The notes beneath the pieces were generated by a model, which ran no database searches, was not told the origin of the DNA, and saw only the letters and a list, made by a program, of their open reading frames with translations. The position numbers were made by a program, and so were the translations under genes. This document shows positions 17,802-26,620 of a stretch of DNA of 32,000 nucleotides, piece by piece; the first letter of the stretch is position 1; the number at the start of each line of letters is the position of its first letter. Source of the DNA: Ignicoccus hospitalis KIN4/I (GTDB taxonomy: Archaea > Thermoproteota > Thermoprotei_A > Sulfolobales > Ignicoccaceae); contig NC_009776.1 in the NCBI RefSeq assembly GCF_000017945.1, positions 690,001-722,000 on the forward strand, read 5' to 3'.

Positions 17802-18444
17802 CGCGTTCGCCCTCCTCTAGTTTCTCCTTCGGTATTTTGCTAACAAACGTCGGATCGTCCAAGTCGCCGAAGCTCCTCGCTCCCGTGGGACAAGTCTCCA
17901 CGCAAGCCGGAAGCAACCCCTTCCTTATGCGGTGGTAACAGAGGGTGCACTTGTCCACCGCCCTACTGTATACGTCCACGCCCCTCGCCGCATATGGACA
18001 CGCAACTATGCACGCTCCGCACAAGATGCACTTGTTCTTATCGACCATGACTACCCCGTCCTTCGTAACGTAGGTGGCTCTCGTCGGGCACACGTGGGCG
18101 CACGGCGCGTCTTCGCAGTGCCTACATATCCGGTGCCAGAACTCCGCTCTAACGTTGGGGTATTTGCCCCATTCCAATCTTATCACGTTAGTCCTCGTCA
18201 TGAAAAGCTTTCCGAGGACTTCCTCTGGACTCTCTCCGCTTTCCACCCTCTTTATGGCCTCCTCCAGCGGGCTCCCTTCGTACTTGCGCAGCTTGATCAC
18301 CTTGGATAGTAGCTCCCCTATTACCCCTAGCTCCAGCGGCTTGCCCTCTTTGTACTGGTTCTCCATTACGCACGCGGCCGTACAGGCTCCGCAGCCCACG
18401 CACTTCTTGAGGTCTATTATCATAGCGGGCTTCACGGCAATCAC
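17785..18444 (-). CDS. 4x[4Fe-4S] electron-transfer subunit of the molybdopterin oxidoreductase (PsrB/DmsB-like)
   Basis: Four cluster motifs: CVGCGACTAAC, CRHCEDAPCAHVCP, CILCGACIVACP and CTLCYHR...PACVETCP. The GTG start overlaps the catalytic-subunit stop (GTGA at 18441-18444). Confidence 0.9.
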   Translation of the reverse strand: MIAVKPAMIIDLKKCVGCGACTAACVMENQYKEGKPLELGVIGELLSKVIKLRKYEGSPLEEAIKRVESGESPEEVLGKLFMTRTNVIRLEWGKYPNVRAEFWHRICRHCEDAPCAHVCPTRATYVTKDGVVMVDKNKCILCGACIVACPYAARGVDVYSRAVDKCTLCYHRIRKGLLPACVETCPTGARSFGDLDDPTFVSKIPKEKLEEGERVIILE

Positions 18445-20945
18445 CTCTTCACCTTTACTATGACGTCCGATAACAAGTGAGTGCCCGTAACCGGGTCTAT
18501 CAAGAACGGTGATTGAAGAACGTTGAACTTTAGGTCCTTGTACTTACCAAACGTCAACTTCACCTCGAACCCGTAGTTCGGCGGAACGTAGATCGCCTCT
18601 GGGACTATGCCTTCGGTCAGCTTCGCCGGCCCCCTGACGCACTCCTCGCCGGCGCACACCTCGACCACCTCGCCGTCGTTGATGCCCAACCTCTGCCCCC
18701 TAGCCTTGTTTATCCATATCTTCTTGGAATCGTCAACTATCCACGACAACAGCGGGTTAGGTTGTAGCCACGTGTAGCTCATGTTTTTCTCCTTCCCAGT
18801 CAAAAGTACGAACTCGTCAGAGGCTAAGGCCTTCCTCATCCAGATCGGGGGTACCCAGGTGGGCAGCGGGTGCCACTCGGGCTTAAGCTCACCCTTCCTC
18901 GACTTTATTATTTTCAATAGTTTGAGCGGCAAGATCTCCACCTTTCCGCTGGCCGTGTTAAGCCAGCCGTTCTCCAAGATTTTTGCGTTCATTTCCAATC
19001 CCCACGAGTCGTCCGTCAAGTACACTATTCCTTTGTTCTTCACGTCGTCGAACTTTACCCCTTGCTTCTCGCACTGCTTGCGTATTACGCTCTCGAAGTC
19101 GCCCTTCTCGAGCGCTTCCTTTACGTCACAGCCCGGACAGAGCACGTTTTCCAACTTGCTTAGGTATTTCTCGAGGAGGCCAAGCTCTCTGAAGGCGTCG
19201 GCCCATATGGTTAGCATGTCCTTGCACTCGGCCTCGACTGCGGGGAAGGCCGCCATGAACCCCTTAGCCAAGCTGAATGGGATGCCGCTGAGGACGTTGT
19301 ACCTTTCTAAGTAACCGCACTCCGGTATGAACAAGTCGCTGTAGAGCACGCTGTCGTCTTTCATTAATCCTATGTCTATTATTTTCTCGACGTTGGGGTG
19401 TTTGGCTACCTTCTGGAACGCTTGACCCATGAAGGTCCTCGCGGGGTTGCCGCCCAAGATGATGATTACGACTCCTTTGTTCTCTTCGACGAATCTGAGG
19501 AGGCCGTGGTACCCCCTGCCCCAAGGTATGAGCGGGCCTTTGGTTACGGTGCCGTCGCTGAGGGCTATCGGCGTCTCGCTCTCGTACTCGTAAAGCTTAG
19601 ACGGCTTTTCCTTCACCGGAGGGCCGGCCACCGGCGGTGCGGCCCTCTGCAACACCTTCCCTATTCCGCCCATACTGAGGACCACGCCTCCGGGCCTCAG
19701 GAAGTTGCCAGTAACGATCGAGAGGACGGCCGCGGCCCGGTACAGCTGGAAGTGGTTGAAGTACTTGTTAGCGCTCCACCCCGTCTCTACGGCGGCGGGC
19801 CTGGTCATGGCGAACTCGGCCGCAAGTTTTTCTACCACCTCCTTGGGGACGCCGCTGACCCTCTCAGCCCACTCCGGAGTGTAATCCTTGAGGTGTTCCT
19901 TGAGCGCGTTAAAGACCGTAGTGACGGGCTTGCCCTCGTACTCACCTTCGTAGGTTAGGGAGGGCAGCTTGGCTTCTCTGGAGAACTTGAAGGAGTCGGA
20001 GGCCTCGTCGAATACTAGGAAGTCAACGACCTCGAACTCCTTCATCGGGTTCTTAACAACTATGTTCTTCGTTTCCACCAGTTCCAAGGTGTCCTTGTAT
20101 ATTAGCATGGGCGCGTTGGTATATTTCTTCAAGTACGTTTCATCGTAGAGGCCTTCGTTGATTATCACGTTAAGCATGGCTAGGAAGACGGCTAAGTCAG
20201 TGCCGGGCTTCACCGGAACCCACTCGTCGGCCTTGGCCGCCCACTCGCTCAGCCTCGGGTCCATAACTACCAGCTTGTAGCTGCCCAACTTGGCGCCGGC
20301 CTTGGCCGTCTGGCCCACTGCTACCGAGCCGCCCAAGTTCCTTCCGAAGGAGAGGAAGTACTTGGTCCTCTCGTAGTCTGGGACCAAGAACGCGTGGTGG
20401 CCCGGGGCCCCGGAGAAGCCCCACGAGAGCAGCTTCGAGCCTATGCAAGTCGAGAGCGGGATGTTGATAACGTTGTCAGTGCCTATCGTCGGGGCTATGG
20501 CCATACTTATAGGGTCGTTGTACGCGGCGGCAGCAGCTTGGCCTACTACCAACACGACCTTCCAAGGGGCACCCTCTTCGAGCTTCTCCTTTATTATGCT
20601 GGCCATCTCGGCAATTGCGGTCTTGTAGTCTACTTCTTCGAAGTCCCACGACCCCCTCTCGGATCCCCGCCTCTTGAGGGGCGTCCTCAACCGGTCCGGG
20701 TTTTCGAGCTGTAGAGGCCCGGAGTTCCCCCTAGGGCACACGTGGCCTTTGTTGTGGTAGGTCGCGTAGGGGTTGCCGTAAACCCTCACGGCCTTTCCGT
20801 TTCGGACCTCTACCAGTATACTGCACGACGCCGTACACATGCGGCATATGTTCGGTACTAGCTTGACTCCGGAGGCCCTCTCCTTTTCTAGGCCTTCTAA
20901 CGGCACGTTGAACGGCTTTACCGAGAGTTTTGATAAGATCTTCAT
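18441..20945 (-). CDS. Molybdopterin (bis-MGD) oxidoreductase catalytic subunit, Psr/Phs/Ttr/Sre-like
   Basis: 834 aa. N-terminal CRMCTASCS...C Fe-S motif, a TCIG candidate Mo-ligand region, IILGGNPA, and a C-terminal barrel (INKARGQRLGINDGEVVEV). An in-frame stop lies 2 codons upstream of the ATG, so no Tat leader is possible. Confidence 0.9.
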   Translation of the reverse strand: MKILSKLSVKPFNVPLEGLEKERASGVKLVPNICRMCTASCSILVEVRNGKAVRVYGNPYATYHNKGHVCPRGNSGPLQLENPDRLRTPLKRRGSERGSWDFEEVDYKTAIAEMASIIKEKLEEGAPWKVVLVVGQAAAAAYNDPISMAIAPTIGTDNVINIPLSTCIGSKLLSWGFSGAPGHHAFLVPDYERTKYFLSFGRNLGGSVAVGQTAKAGAKLGSYKLVVMDPRLSEWAAKADEWVPVKPGTDLAVFLAMLNVIINEGLYDETYLKKYTNAPMLIYKDTLELVETKNIVVKNPMKEFEVVDFLVFDEASDSFKFSREAKLPSLTYEGEYEGKPVTTVFNALKEHLKDYTPEWAERVSGVPKEVVEKLAAEFAMTRPAAVETGWSANKYFNHFQLYRAAAVLSIVTGNFLRPGGVVLSMGGIGKVLQRAAPPVAGPPVKEKPSKLYEYESETPIALSDGTVTKGPLIPWGRGYHGLLRFVEENKGVVIIILGGNPARTFMGQAFQKVAKHPNVEKIIDIGLMKDDSVLYSDLFIPECGYLERYNVLSGIPFSLAKGFMAAFPAVEAECKDMLTIWADAFRELGLLEKYLSKLENVLCPGCDVKEALEKGDFESVIRKQCEKQGVKFDDVKNKGIVYLTDDSWGLEMNAKILENGWLNTASGKVEILPLKLLKIIKSRKGELKPEWHPLPTWVPPIWMRKALASDEFVLLTGKEKNMSYTWLQPNPLLSWIVDDSKKIWINKARGQRLGINDGEVVEVCAGEECVRGPAKLTEGIVPEAIYVPPNYGFEVKLTFGKYKDLKFNVLQSPFLIDPVTGTHLLSDVIVKVKR

Positions 20946-20951
20946 AATCTA

Positions 20952-21893
20952 TCACCCATAAATTAGGACTTTTAACAATAACAAGGCTATCCATATCAAA
21001 AACGCCGCGAGGGTAACCATGACTTCGGGGCGCTCGACGAACGCGGCCTCTTGGGAGAAGGCGTAGGAGTACGGCGGCAAGCTCAGCCTCAGCCTCTGAG
21101 GCCACTCCGCAGAGAGCGCCTTGTTCGCGAACAAGCCTATGAAGGCCAGCGCGGCCCCCGCGACGGGGTTCGCGAGAGAGACGACGGCGGCCAGCGCTAG
21201 GAGCGCGTAGTACGGCGCTACGTACTTGAGCGGCACTTCCAACCTCTCGAAGGACTTAACGAAGTAGAGTTCCCAGAAGTCGAGGAGTAGTAAGGAAATT
21301 ACGGATACCAATATAATGTCCCCCCTCGTTAACCATATACCCATCGCTAGGAATGTTGCCGCTGCGAACTCGGCGGCCTTGGCGGAGCCTTGCCACCCGG
21401 GCACCTTACTAGTCCCGAACGCCATACCGAAGTTCGTTTCCAACAAGATAGCCGAGGCTATGGCTAGGAGCGCGGCCTCCGGCGAGGGGGCGAGGAGGAG
21501 CCAGAGTATCGACAACGCTAATAGCACGTAGAATGCGACGTTCCACGCGATCCTAGAAGTCTTGTTGAAGCTCGTTAGGATGTTAATTGCCCTCTCGGGG
21601 GCGCCTAGGTCGGCGACCACCAGCGCCCACGCGGGTACCAAACTGGCCAAGGCTAGGAACGCCAACGGTTGGGGCTCAGCCCTTATCACTCCCAGCCCCG
21701 CGAGCCCCGCGGCTATCGCCGCTCCCGCGGCTAGCGTTGCGAAGAACGAATACGCGGGGACTAGGAACTTCCAAGCAATTTTCGACCTCTCTACCATTCC
21801 TTCTTCGTTTGCTAACAGTTCGCGCCAGTACTTTACGAACGCTAAGGCGCCCGCGCATGCCAGTATCAAAAAGCTCACGGCGACAATGACCAA
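20952..21893 (-). CDS. NrfD/PsrC-like membrane anchor subunit
   Basis: 313 aa with about 8 helices. ADLGAPERAINILTSFNKTSRIAWNVAFY matches the NrfD signature (DLG.PeR...S.ma). First gene of the operon. Confidence 0.8.
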   Translation of the reverse strand: MVIVAVSFLILACAGALAFVKYWRELLANEEGMVERSKIAWKFLVPAYSFFATLAAGAAIAAGLAGLGVIRAEPQPLAFLALASLVPAWALVVADLGAPERAINILTSFNKTSRIAWNVAFYVLLALSILWLLLAPSPEAALLAIASAILLETNFGMAFGTSKVPGWQGSAKAAEFAAATFLAMGIWLTRGDIILVSVISLLLLDFWELYFVKSFERLEVPLKYVAPYYALLALAAVVSLANPVAGAALAFIGLFANKALSAEWPQRLRLSLPPYSYAFSQEAAFVERPEVMVTLAAFLIWIALLLLKVLIYG

Positions 21894-21953
21894 TCCCTAA
21901 ACCCGCGGGAGTTCCCGACCGGTCGGTAATTAATTTTCTCTTGGGTTAGCTCG

Positions 21954-23063
21954 TCAGCGCGCCCTCAACCACTCTTCGTATATTCCCCTCTCCAACGCCC
22001 ACTCCTTCAACGGGCCTAACACTATTGCCTTGCCCTTTATGTGCTCCGGGGCGGGGCTTCCCGTCAAGAACAAGCCTATCTTTATTGATAGCATCATAGA
22101 TTTCAAGAACTTTTTCAATTCTTCTTTCCCCTCATAAGCCGCCTTGAGGGCGGGCAAGGCTACTCCGACCAAGTCGGCCCCGAGGGCTAACGACTTTACG
22201 GCGTGTAGGCCGTCCCTTATGCCTCCCGAAGCTATTACTAAGGCGTCCGGCGCGGCGGCTCTGGCCTCCATTATCGACGCGGCCGTCGGGATCCCCCAAG
22301 AGGACATCCAGTCAGCCACAGTCGCTAGCACTTCGTCGCCCTTCTCCCTCGCTCGGTACATCTCCACCCTCACCCAGCTCGTCCCCCCGGAGCCGGAGAC
22401 GTCGAAGGCCTTTATTCCGAGCTCCCTAAGAGCCTTCACGCTTTCGTAGTCCAAGCCCGCTCCCGTCTCCTTTATTATTATTGGCTTCTCCACCTTGTCT
22501 ACTAGTTCAGAGAGCTTGTTCAGCAACCCTTTGTAATCTACGTCGCCTTCCGGTTGGAATGACTCCTGGGCGGCGTTCAAGTGAATAGCTATGGCGTCGG
22601 CGTCTATCATATCTATAGCTTTCTTTATCTCTTCTAAGCCGTAGCCCTTGAGCAGCTGCGGCGCGCCCAAGTTGGCTATTAACAGCGCGTTGGGGGCCCT
22701 TTCTCGGGCTATCCTGAAGGTCCACTCCAGCTCCGGCCTCTCGACCGCTGCCCTCTGGCTCCCCACCCCCATGCCCAACCCCAGCTCTTCTACGACCTCA
22801 GCGATGACGGCGTTGATCTTAGCTGCGTGTTCGTTGCCCCCGGTCATGCCGGTTACTATGAGAGGCGCGCTCAACTTCTTCCCGAAGACTTCTATTTCAG
22901 TGACCACCTCCTCTAGGTTAAGCTCCGGCACGGCTCTGTGAGGGACTTTGACGAAGTCCAACCACGTGTCGCCGGCCTCGACGTCCTCGAGGAGGGTTAT
23001 CCGTAAGTGGTCAAGCTTCCTGTTCGACGTTTCCAACTTCGCACCAGCCCGCCTTTTACACAA
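21954..23063 (-). CDS. fni: Type-2 (FMN-dependent) isopentenyl-diphosphate delta-isomerase
   Basis: Collinear with type-2 IDI as I recall it: NRKLDHL, PLIVTGMTGG, GMGVGSQRAA, IANLGAPQL, DAIAIHLNAAQE, IIKETGAG, DVSGSGGTSW and IASGGIRDG. The start is TTG 23063 or TTG 23036. Confidence 0.92.
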   Translation of the reverse strand: MCKRRAGAKLETSNRKLDHLRITLLEDVEAGDTWLDFVKVPHRAVPELNLEEVVTEIEVFGKKLSAPLIVTGMTGGNEHAAKINAVIAEVVEELGLGMGVGSQRAAVERPELEWTFRIARERAPNALLIANLGAPQLLKGYGLEEIKKAIDMIDADAIAIHLNAAQESFQPEGDVDYKGLLNKLSELVDKVEKPIIIKETGAGLDYESVKALRELGIKAFDVSGSGGTSWVRVEMYRAREKGDEVLATVADWMSSWGIPTAASIMEARAAAPDALVIASGGIRDGLHAVKSLALGADLVGVALPALKAAYEGKEELKKFLKSMMLSIKIGLFLTGSPAPEHIKGKAIVLGPLKEWALERGIYEEWLRAR

Positions 23064-23107
23064 AAACGCTCTATTTTACTGGTTCTCGCAGTCCCGGGGC
23101 TCAAGCC

Positions 23108-23677
23108 TTGGAGAGGAGGACTAAGGAGACCGTGGTCAAAGTGGAGAAGTGCGAGCGCGCGAGCGCAGACGTGGAGATACCCTTCTTCCGCCACATGCTC
23201 GAGACGTTCTTGAAGCATTCCGGCCTGGCCGCTTGCATAAGCGCTCGCGACCTCCAAGGCTTTGATGACCACCACTTGGTGGAGGACGTGGCCATAGTTC
23301 TGGGAAGGTTCTTGAAAGAAGAGTTCGCTAAGAAGGTGGAAGAGGGAACTCTCAAGAGGTTCACGTGGTCTTTGGTCCCCATGGACGAGGCGCTGGCGCG
23401 CTGCGCGCTCGACGTCTCAGGGAGAGGAGGCTTCTACGGCAGTATGGAGTTCGAGCGGGAGGAGATAGGCGGCCTCGCGCTGGAGAACGTGGAGCACTTC
23501 TTCGAGACCCTCGCTCGGGAGGCAAGGATCACGTTGCACTTAGACCTCCTTAAGGGCAAGAACGACCATCACAAAGTAGAAGCGTTGTTCAAGGCGTTCG
23601 CCAAGTGTGTGTCCGAAGCGCTGGGGTACGGCGGAGAGCTCAGCACCAAGGGGGTGATAGAGATCAATGGTCAGTAA
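23108..23677 (+). CDS. hisB: Imidazoleglycerol-phosphate dehydratase
   Basis: RRTKETVVKVE, FFRHMLETF, DDHHLVEDVAIVLG, VPMDEAL and NDHHKVEALFKAFA are HisB signatures. TTG start. Confidence 0.9.
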   Translation: MERRTKETVVKVEKCERASADVEIPFFRHMLETFLKHSGLAACISARDLQGFDDHHLVEDVAIVLGRFLKEEFAKKVEEGTLKRFTWSLVPMDEALARCALDVSGRGGFYGSMEFEREEIGGLALENVEHFFETLAREARITLHLDLLKGKNDHHKVEALFKAFAKCVSEALGYGGELSTKGVIEINGQ

Positions 23678-23849
23678 ATTGAACGTTTTAAACTTTTGAC
23701 TCCATTCTATCTATACAATAGTATATCATGCCCTTCAGCCGTAATAATCGATATATATCCTAATATTGTGAATCGAGCCCGAAGCAACTAGCAAATCGAG
23801 GATGCCGGTAACTGGCATAGTTAATGTACGGATTAGCTTTCCCAGAACT

Positions 23850-25811
23850 CTAGCTACCATCTTTGAGCCTCCTTCTAAGCGCGACTAGGAAGACACTAGC
23901 CAACGCAACGACGGGGGTCTCGGGCTTTGTCGTACTAGACAGTATCGTAGTTGTCTCTACTAAGGTGGTTGGAACCAGCGTTACAGACGTTGTAACCACA
24001 GCGGTGTTAGTAAGAGTTACGTTCGCCGGAGGGAAGAACCCGTATATGGGTTCCCTCTCAGCGTACTTCCTCACCCTGACCCAGTCCCAGAAGTCCGATA
24101 CGTTGACCTTCTTCCTCTGTTCTACTTTAAACTTCCCACCGAAGTTGGGGCACTGCAGCGAAGTGCTGGCCAATAAGTTCCCGTTCTGATCGAAGACGTT
24201 TATTGAGAAGGTTCCGTTGAACGAGACCTTAAAGGTCAGCCACCGGTGATCGGGGAACGCGTCGAGCAGTTTGACGTCTTCCACTTGACCGTTGCATATC
24301 AACCTAGAGCTCAAGGAGGTCCCGTCCATTTCGTGTAACGAAAGCTCGTTCCCGCTCCGGTCTTCAATTACTAACGCGTTCCACTGGTCGTCCCCGCCCA
24401 TGTTCATTACCTTGGCCTCAACCAGGAACTCGCTTACCGATATCTCCTTGCTTACCATGTTCGACCAGTGGTCGCTCCCCCACACCTCTAACTGGCCGTC
24501 GTAGATCTTGTAATTGATTGGTAAGTAAGTACCGCTGCCCAGAATCCACTTGGTAGAGTTCAGCTGGGTTTCAGAGAAGTCGTCGTAGAAGTCAAACACT
24601 TGGTCCCCGCTTACAGCCCCGTTCGCGACTCTCTCAATTATTAGGTATATTCCGCTCTTGGCCGGTATCGACGGGACCCTTATCCAGACATAGCCATCGC
24701 CTTTCAATGGATCTGCTGTACACTCATCATTAGCAGTTTCGTAGCAGAAGGGGACGCTGATCCCGTTGTAGATCACCTTTAGCGGTTTGCCTTGGAGCTC
24801 AATTGGCAATTGAGCCCTTAGCTGGTACTCTGCGAGGTCGTAGTCGTTGGGGTTGAAGACGGCCAGGAGGGAGTGTGGCGAAACCATGACAACGGAAGCA
24901 ATTGGTTCCTCATCAGCGTACTTCCTCACCCTGACCCAGTCCCAATAGTCCTTATTGCTATAGCATTTCCATTGCCTTATGTAAGCTTCAGTGAAGTCAT
25001 TGCAAGTGAACACCTTACTCGCTTTCACTAAGAGGTTCCAGCTATTGTCGAATACCTCTCCCCAGTAGGAAGTGCCTTTCTTGACTATCCTCAGTATTAA
25101 CCATTGGTTCAATGGGAACCTATCCATTAGTTCCTCATAGTCATTGTCGTAATTACCTCTACAGTACACTTGCACGTACATGTCGTCACTGCCCCAGATG
25201 TTGAGTATTCCGTACCTATTCCAATCGCCGTTCGCGTCGGTTAGGTATAACGCGTGCCACTGATCGTCTTGAGCATTGAGGATCCTCGCTTCAACTACTG
25301 CGTTCTCCAAGCCTATTGGATCCTTGCTCCTAAGGATCCTCCAGTGTCCGTCCGACCAAGTAGCCAACTGACCGTTTTCGATTGAGTAGTAAATTCCGCC
25401 GTAATTAGCATCGCCTAAGACCCATTTATTAGTATCCAATTGACCCTCGTTGAAGTCGTCGTAGAAGTCGAACACTTGGTCTCCATTAACTGCTCCGTTA
25501 GTTCCGACTGCTAACTTTAGTCCAGTCTTCCCGTTGGCCGGTATGAATGGGACCTTTATCCAAATGTAACCGTCGCCCTTTGTCGAGTCAGTAGTGCACT
25601 CGTAATTGGTAGTTTCGTAGCAGAATGGAACTGGGGAGTTGTTGTAGGTTATGGCTATCTCTCTACCCTTCAACTCGTCCGGTAGCTCAACCCTTACTTG
25701 GTACTCCGTGAGGTTGTAGTCGTTCGGATTGTAAATGGTCACGTGGTAGATCCAGTTCGAAGCAGTAGCAATGGCTACTAACAGAGTAAGGATTACCGCG
25801 ACTCTCCTCAC
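23850..25811 (-). CDS. Exported surface protein with two tandem lectin-like modules (DUF2341-like plus ConA/LamG-like) and a C-terminal Thr-rich anchor
   Basis: Signal peptide MRRVAVILTLLVAIATAS. Two modules of about 290 aa each contain NPNDY..EYQ, PFCYET.N.ECT, GDGY.WI.VP, GDQVFDFYDDF...L...KW and WDWVRVRKYA. C-terminus is T-rich ...PVVALASVFLVALRRRLKDGS. GTG start with a TATA box about 40 nt upstream. Confidence 0.85.
   Translation of the reverse strand: MRRVAVILTLLVAIATASNWIYHVTIYNPNDYNLTEYQVRVELPDELKGREIAITYNNSPVPFCYETTNYECTTDSTKGDGYIWIKVPFIPANGKTGLKLAVGTNGAVNGDQVFDFYDDFNEGQLDTNKWVLGDANYGGIYYSIENGQLATWSDGHWRILRSKDPIGLENAVVEARILNAQDDQWHALYLTDANGDWNRYGILNIWGSDDMYVQVYCRGNYDNDYEELMDRFPLNQWLILRIVKKGTSYWGEVFDNSWNLLVKASKVFTCNDFTEAYIRQWKCYSNKDYWDWVRVRKYADEEPIASVVMVSPHSLLAVFNPNDYDLAEYQLRAQLPIELQGKPLKVIYNGISVPFCYETANDECTADPLKGDGYVWIRVPSIPAKSGIYLIIERVANGAVSGDQVFDFYDDFSETQLNSTKWILGSGTYLPINYKIYDGQLEVWGSDHWSNMVSKEISVSEFLVEAKVMNMGGDDQWNALVIEDRSGNELSLHEMDGTSLSSRLICNGQVEDVKLLDAFPDHRWLTFKVSFNGTFSINVFDQNGNLLASTSLQCPNFGGKFKVEQRKKVNVSDFWDWVRVRKYAEREPIYGFFPPANVTLTNTAVVTTSVTLVPTTLVETTTILSSTTKPETPVVALASVFLVALRRRLKDGS
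24027..25757 (-). repeat. Internal tandem duplication (2 x about 0.86-0.88 kb) within the 653-aa gene
   Basis: Residues 19-310 align with residues 311-595. There is an exact 32-nt identity between 24058-24089 and 24913-24944. A second near-identical patch starts at 24579 and 25455. Confidence 0.9.
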
Positions 25812-25847
25812 GGTTCACTACCGTTTTACGTGACTCGTTACAGACTC

Positions 25848-25855
25848 TATTTATA
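25848..25855 (-). promoter_or_regulatory. TATA box (TATAAATA on the minus strand) of the 653-aa gene
   Basis: tatttata on the plus strand, centred about 41 nt upstream of the GTG at 25811. Confidence 0.55.
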
Positions 25856-25861
25856 GTTAAC

Positions 25862-25906
25862 ATTGTTACGAATTGTCACCATCGTTAAGTATCGTTCTGA
25901 ATCGTT
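25862..25906. repeat. Phased hexamer array ATYGTY x5 at 10-bp spacing, immediately upstream of the TATA box
   Basis: ATTGTT at 25862, ATTGTC at 25872, and ATCGTT at 25881, 25891 and 25901. Confidence 0.7.
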
Positions 25907-26124
25907 TGCCTAGTTACTAATTATAACAAACATGCCAATAACTTTTAAGATCCAGAGAGTCAGTGGTTCGCACGGATTGCCTGCGTTTGGCGCAGAAAAT
26001 GCGAACTTTCGACCAGCTCGTTACCAATCGAGTCGGTCGCATTTGACTAAGGAGTTACCTGGATCTGACCTATAAGTTACCAAGAAATGGGCAACTTATA
26101 ATAGATATTAATTCGCAACTCGAT

Positions 26125-26265
26125 ATGGACGATACGGACGTTTTGGAGGAGCTTAAGTGGCCCTTTCAAGCTTTCTTGGTGTTGCTCTTAGACAGCTCTG
26201 ATGCACATCACTTAAGCATCAATAACTTAATCAAATTAAGGAGAAAGAACGCCCTTCCTGACTAA
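26125..26265 (+). CDS. Candidate 46-aa ORF (not in track)
   Basis: ATG 26125 is preceded by cttataata about 25 nt upstream. Translation: MDDTDVLEELKWPFQAFLVLLLDSSDAHHLSINNLIKLRRKNALPD. No motif recognised. Confidence 0.2.
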   Translation: MDDTDVLEELKWPFQAFLVLLLDSSDAHHLSINNLIKLRRKNALPD

Positions 26266-26310
26266 TTCTTGGAAGTACTCGCTATCCTTCAAGTCGTCCT
26301 TATAGAGTTC

Positions 26311-26556
26311 CTAGACCTCTCTAACGTATTTGAAGACGATCTCCTTTACTTCCCCCTCACCCCAGTCCCAAATGTCAAGTAACGTCTTCGCTAATGCCTC
26401 GGCGAAGAGCAATACTCTCTTGCGTCTCTTCTTGACTGCCGCTTGGACCATTTCGCCCCTCTGATAATTTTTGGAAGCGTGGGCAGAATAACTGAGCGAA
26501 GCTTCGGAGAGAAATTTCTGGGGGTTAACTTCACAATAATGTTTGAATAAGAACAT
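26311..26556 (-). CDS. Hypothetical small protein (81 aa)
   Basis: ATG start, with ttttaaa (minus strand) about 45 nt upstream. Basic patch KKRRKR. No family recognised. Confidence 0.35.
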   Translation of the reverse strand: MFLFKHYCEVNPQKFLSEASLSYSAHASKNYQRGEMVQAAVKKRRKRVLLFAEALAKTLLDIWDWGEGEVKEIVFKYVREV

Positions 26557-26620
26557 AGCTATTCATCGAGAACCAACTCGAAGGGTGTTAGGAAAGCGAA
26601 TGCCCGTTTAAAAAGCTAGG

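Noticed and set aside
18074-21900. Many 60-190-aa ORFs on the plus strand and in alternative minus-strand frames across the oxidoreductase operon (for example 18781-19314, 19398-19958, 20394-20714, 21562-21900)
   Set aside because: All lie within or antisense to the three motif-supported operon genes. Their Arg/Pro/Gly/Ser-rich translations are typical of GC-rich off-frame ORFs.
23678-23849. Search for direct repeats (att-like) shared between the left (23678-23849) and right (30122-30340) island borders
   Set aside because: No shared word of 10 nt or more was found by eye, so integration-site evidence is absent. A computed alignment is needed to be sure.
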